A DNA stretch of 30,215 bases from contig JAQVLU010000001.1 of assembly GCA_028703995.1 (NCBI GenBank), positions 1 through 30,215 of the forward strand, written 5' to 3'. The notes under the pieces were generated by a model that saw only the letters and a program-made list of their open reading frames with translations, was not told where the DNA came from and searched no databases. Source of the DNA: Minisyncoccota bacterium. Lineage in GTDB: Bacteria > Patescibacteriota > Minisyncoccia > Minisyncoccales > Minisyncoccaceae. Below, one piece after another: positions 26,925 through 30,215 of this stretch (its first letter is position 1; the number at the start of each line of letters is the position of its first letter). The position numbers and the translations under genes are program-made.

Positions 26925-27674
26925 TTATTTTATTTTATAGGTGATGGTAATACTAGCAGTAATTGTGTTCTCTCCTGCTTCGATTGATGGAGTTGATGAA
27001 TCAAGACTTTCCGTCATTGCGACTTTAGCATAACTTATTTGAGGCGCAGAATAATAATTGTTTTCATAAAAACCAACTATTTCAGATAAAGAAATTCCTA
27101 AATCTTTTGCTAATTCTGAAGCTTTTAATTTTGCGTCATCAATAGCTTGTTTCTTTACTTGTGCTTTTAGAGCCTCATCGTCATCTATAATAAAACTAAG
27201 ACTGCTGATATCGTTAGAACCTCTTTCAGATGATCCTGCAATAATTTCTCCAACTGAATCTAAGTTTCTTATCTTAACTACTAAACTTTGAGTTACTTCG
27301 TATCCAGCTAAATATCTATTCCTGTAATCAGAATAATACTCGTATCTTGGATTGATATTGTAAGTGCTAGTTTTGATATCTTTATCTTCTATGCCATTCT
27401 CTTTTAGGAAACTAACGATTGCGTTTGTTTTTGTATTATTATCTTCTGTCGCTACTCCTAAGTCTCTATTTTCTGACAAAACAGAAATTGTTATTTGGGC
27501 TACATCTGGTTTAGCAGAAACTTCTGCATATCCAGTAATAGAAATAGTTTCTCCTGTTTTTTCTTTTTCAGTTAGATTGATTATAGAAAAAACAAAGAAA
27601 ATAATTAAGACTCCCACAAAAACATTGATTAAGTTTTTAAAAACTTTATTATTTAATATATTTTCTTTATCCAT
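26925..27674 (-). CDS. SIMPL domain protein (DUF541), copy 3
   Basis: TM anchor, ISITGYAEVSAKPDVA, YNINPRY, GYEVTQSL and AIDDAKLKASELA. Confidence 0.88.
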   Translation of the reverse strand: MDKENILNNKVFKNLINVFVGVLIIFFVFSIINLTEKEKTGETISITGYAEVSAKPDVAQITISVLSENRDLGVATEDNNTKTNAIVSFLKENGIEDKDIKTSTYNINPRYEYYSDYRNRYLAGYEVTQSLVVKIRNLDSVGEIIAGSSERGSNDISSLSFIIDDDEALKAQVKKQAIDDAKLKASELAKDLGISLSEIVGFYENNYYSAPQISYAKVAMTESLDSSTPSIEAGENTITASITITYKIK

Positions 27675-27692
27675 ATTTTATATTTTAATTAA

Positions 27693-28526
27693 TTATTCTC
27701 CTAAACTAAACTCTGTTAAATCTTGATATGGTCCATAAGTTTCTCCACTTAAGAAAACATAATATTCACCTTCTTTTACATAAGAATAACCCATATTTTC
27801 TCCATAAGCTTCAACTATTGGCCTTTCAGTGTATGGACCAAAAGCTTTTCCATTAATATTAACATACCACTTACTATTATACTCCATTAAAAGTCCCCAC
27901 TCTGAATCATTATAAATGATATATGACTTAGTGTATGGGCCATATTCTTTTCCATTAATAGTAATAGTCTCTTCTCCAGTAAGATTGCTTGAGTATTTCT
28001 TTAAATTAGTTTGAAGAACCGTTACTTCTTGCTTTAAAATTAATTCTTCCTCTACTTCTGAAACAGAAATGACCTCATCCTCCTCAATAACAATTTGTTC
28101 ATTATTCAAACAAGAAACATTTGTTTCCGTACAGAAAGGAGTATTTAAAATACCTTCGCTTTGACTATCTATACAAATATCAGTACCGTCTTTAGACAAA
28201 TAAAAGCAGAAATTTCCATTTTCTTTATCAATACTACTTCTCATATTTGAGACTTCTAAAGCCTGAAGAGCTTCTATGCTACTTAAAAAAGCTTGATTTT
28301 CATAGACAGAAATATATCCTCCAGAAATTCCTTTTTCTTGTTCAAAGATAATTTTAATGTTTCCAACCAATCCATTAACTTGATCTAAAGTATTTACAAC
28401 AGGTTCTTCTATTATAGGTTCTTCAACAGGTGCCTCCTTTTTAGAAAACATTGAAGAAATAATAAAAATTATTCCAATTAAAGCGATTAAAATAACTGTT
28501 AAAACGATGATTATTTTTTTGTCCAT
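27693..28526 (-). CDS. Membrane-anchored hypothetical protein with a 4-Cys domain and three C-terminal G-x-x-(Y/F)-GPY repeats
   Basis: N-terminal TM helix; FCFYL..DGTDICIDS...FC......C; repeats INGKEYGPY, INGKAFGPY and LSGETYGPY. Confidence 0.75.
   Translation of the reverse strand: MDKKIIIVLTVILIALIGIIFIISSMFSKKEAPVEEPIIEEPVVNTLDQVNGLVGNIKIIFEQEKGISGGYISVYENQAFLSSIEALQALEVSNMRSSIDKENGNFCFYLSKDGTDICIDSQSEGILNTPFCTETNVSCLNNEQIVIEEDEVISVSEVEEELILKQEVTVLQTNLKKYSSNLTGEETITINGKEYGPYTKSYIIYNDSEWGLLMEYNSKWYVNINGKAFGPYTERPIVEAYGENMGYSYVKEGEYYVFLSGETYGPYQDLTEFSLGE
27720..27960 (-). repeat. Degenerate intragenic repeats with a 34-35 codon period
   Basis: 27828-27858 and 27930-27960 match at 27 of 31 nt (offset 102 nt). 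A third weaker copy near 27727 is offset by 105 nt. Confidence 0.7.
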
Positions 28527-28540
28527 AATTTTTTAATTAT

Positions 28541-29416
28541 TTAATAAATAACTCCTTTTACTTCTTCTAAATTAGCTTCTTTTTCAATACATTGATAGCC
28601 CTTGTCATGTTTCCATGTGCCATCAAGGTAATTATATTTTTTTTCTAAATTAGAAGATAAAAATTCTGTACATAGCCTATACCTTGTACCGTCAATAACA
28701 TTATAAATATACTCTGCCTTAATACTTTCATTAACAATATTTATTTCGCCATTAATATCAGCTAATTCTTTAGGCATCTTTTCATATTTATAATAATAAT
28801 TATCAATAGAATATTTAATATTATTAAAATCTTGTAGAATATTTTGATCTAATTTTCTATTCCTAGCTTCGCTTGGAGATTCTATAAGAAAGAAAGAAGA
28901 AATAAGCGCAATAGCAACTATCGTTAACGTTGAAATAAAGAATATTCTATTTATTTTTTGATTTTTAAATTCTTTTCTTCTAATATCGTAAAAGTAAAAA
29001 CTAAAAATTAAAAACGCAATAAATAAAACTGCTAATGCTTTTAAAATAAAATTAATTGTTAAAGCTCCATCTAAAAAGTTATTTAGAATACTTATTAAAG
29101 AACCAATTACAACAACGCTAGAGATGAACAAAATAAAATAAGTAAGCCATTTCCTAATCTCTGCCTCTGCTTTAAGTTCGCCTGATTTTAAATTAGCATA
29201 TATTTTATGCATAATATAATAAAATATCGGCGTTGCTATTAATATTCCAGAAATAGCCATTTTTAAAGAAGAACTATCATTGTAATAATTTCCCCTAGTT
29301 ATATCCGGAAAAAACTTTTCTACTATTTCAAATAGAATACTTCCAAAAGATAACGACATTATAAATAACGTTACCAGTGAAAGCATATAATAAAATGCGT
29401 ATTTTGCTGAATTCAT
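28541..29416 (-). CDS. DUF5671 family membrane protein with an extracytoplasmic C-terminal domain
   Basis: AFYYMLSLVTL, IRKWLTYFILF and FILKALAV in a multi-TM N-terminus; C-terminal SPSEARNRKLD..LQDF..I..Y and YRLCTEF...W.H..GYQC. Confidence 0.72.
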   Translation of the reverse strand: MNSAKYAFYYMLSLVTLFIMSLSFGSILFEIVEKFFPDITRGNYYNDSSSLKMAISGILIATPIFYYIMHKIYANLKSGELKAEAEIRKWLTYFILFISSVVVIGSLISILNNFLDGALTINFILKALAVLFIAFLIFSFYFYDIRRKEFKNQKINRIFFISTLTIVAIALISSFFLIESPSEARNRKLDQNILQDFNNIKYSIDNYYYKYEKMPKELADINGEINIVNESIKAEYIYNVIDGTRYRLCTEFLSSNLEKKYNYLDGTWKHDKGYQCIEKEANLEEVKGVIY

Positions 29417-29447
29417 ACTTTAATCTTACCATTATAGAAAAAAAGAT

Positions 29448-30215
29448 TCAAGGATTATTTTTATAAATCTCCATCTGACATTTCTTGCAATCAAATTTAA
29501 GTAAAAACCTCTGCCCCTTCTCATTAATTAAATAAAGAGGTTCTTTTAAATCTTGTTTTTGACATTGCCCTAAAAAATATTTTAAGCAATGTTTTGTTGT
29601 CATAAGTTTTTCCCCTTCTTTAATTTCAAAAGCTTTATCAATTTCTTTAACTCCGTGTTTTTTGTAAAAATTTTCTGCTAATTTATTAGAAATATTGTAC
29701 TCATAGGAAAGTTTATCTAAATAATATTTTATCTTTGAATCTTTTTTAAGCTCTCTTTCCTCTCTTTTATAAATATAACTAGAATTAATTTCTTCTATCA
29801 ATTCTCTTCTTAAATTATTTAAAAGAGAAGAAGGAATAAACAGAGGTTTATTATAAAAATTAATTTTAATTTCTTTTAAATAAAAATCTGAATTACCTAA
29901 TTTAGAAAATTGTGTCTTTATATTTTCAAGCGCTTTTTCTTTATTTAAAGAAAATTCTTTTTTAATTTCCACTTCTTTACTAATAATGTTTTCACTATTT
30001 GAAAAAGAAACAAAAAAACCTTTTTGAGTTTCCCTAAAAACTACTTTTAAACCTATTTTTCTTTTAAAAGCTTCTTTCGCTCTTATATTTTTATCAAACT
30101 GAAGATCGTAATTTCTATAAATTTTATCTTTCAATCTTAAATCTTGTTTTTCGTTTAGGAATATTTTTTCTCCTTCCACTCTAACAACATTACTTCCTTT
30201 TAAATCATTATTTTT
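29448..30215 (-). CDS. Peptidase U32 family protein with DUF3656 (RlhA/YdcP-like); 3' part only, 5' end lies beyond the right edge
   Basis: FSKLGNSDF, LLNNLRRE, LSYEYNISNKLAENFYKKHGV, LMTTKHCL and LKFDCKKCQM match the RlhA/YdcP C-terminus as I recall it. The frame stays open from 30179 to 30215, so the track's GTG start is probably internal. Confidence 0.78.
   Translation of the reverse strand, partial: KNNDLKGSNVVRVEGEKIFLNEKQDLRLKDKIYRNYDLQFDKNIRAKEAFKRKIGLKVVFRETQKGFFVSFSNSENIISKEVEIKKEFSLNKEKALENIKTQFSKLGNSDFYLKEIKINFYNKPLFIPSSLLNNLRRELIEEINSSYIYKREERELKKDSKIKYYLDKLSYEYNISNKLAENFYKKHGVKEIDKAFEIKEGEKLMTTKHCLKYFLGQCQKQDLKEPLYLINEKGQRFLLKFDCKKCQMEIYKNNP

Noticed and set aside
536-27726. Short antisense ORFs in the track (536, 885, 1039, 3451, 7035, 7630, 8345, 9308, 11404, 12256, 13974, 16851, 19836, 21253, 24150, 27364)
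   Set aside because: All lie opposite well-supported genes, are rich in Ser/Phe/Ile/Leu as expected for reverse-complement shadows, and show no family motifs.
1-30215. Alternative genetic code (TGA as Gly/Trp) or selenocysteine
   Set aside because: TGA ends several intact genes in ATGA overlaps, and no conserved protein is interrupted by an in-frame TGA.
1-30215. tRNA, rRNA, riboswitch, CRISPR array, integrase or transposase
   Set aside because: The largest intergenic gap is about 115 nt and AT-rich. I saw no cloverleaf, regularly spaced repeat or recombinase motif.

Overview
AT-rich (about 25-30% GC by eye), gene-dense bacterial window using genetic code 11 (TGA is a stop). I count 36 CDS, 34 on the minus strand; two of them are missing from the ORF track (a type IV pilin start at the left edge and a 31-aa membrane peptide at 2743..2838). 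The gene mix (DUF5652, DUF5671, DUF167, DUF2090, three SIMPL proteins, a cohesin-domain surface protein, a pilin, few Shine-Dalgarno motifs) suggests a reduced-genome Patescibacteria/CPR bacterium of Parcubacteria type; this is inference only. Content: DNA repair (AlkD-like, family-4 UDG, uvrB-uvrA-uvrC), translation and RNA modification (prmC, tyrS, tsaC, ychF, tRNA-binding protein, HI0933/RdsA-like flavoprotein, U32/RlhA-like protein, beta-CASP nuclease), and envelope/folding functions (NagZ, patatin, CapA, FKBP, thioredoxin-DsbD-like fusion). No tRNA, rRNA, CRISPR array, integrase or transposase was seen. Best leads: (1) an overlapping MazG-like pyrophosphatase plus ATP-cone/Mrr-nuclease pair; (2) a streamlined excision-repair set (UvrA without its insertion domain, UvrC without its HhH tail); (3) a thioredoxin-fold protein that lacks its CxxC but carries a 4-Cys tail; (4) the hidden small ORF that closes an 11-gene chain with no intergenic DNA; (5) several promoters placed for leaderless translation. 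All family calls come from motif recognition by eye, not from database searches.
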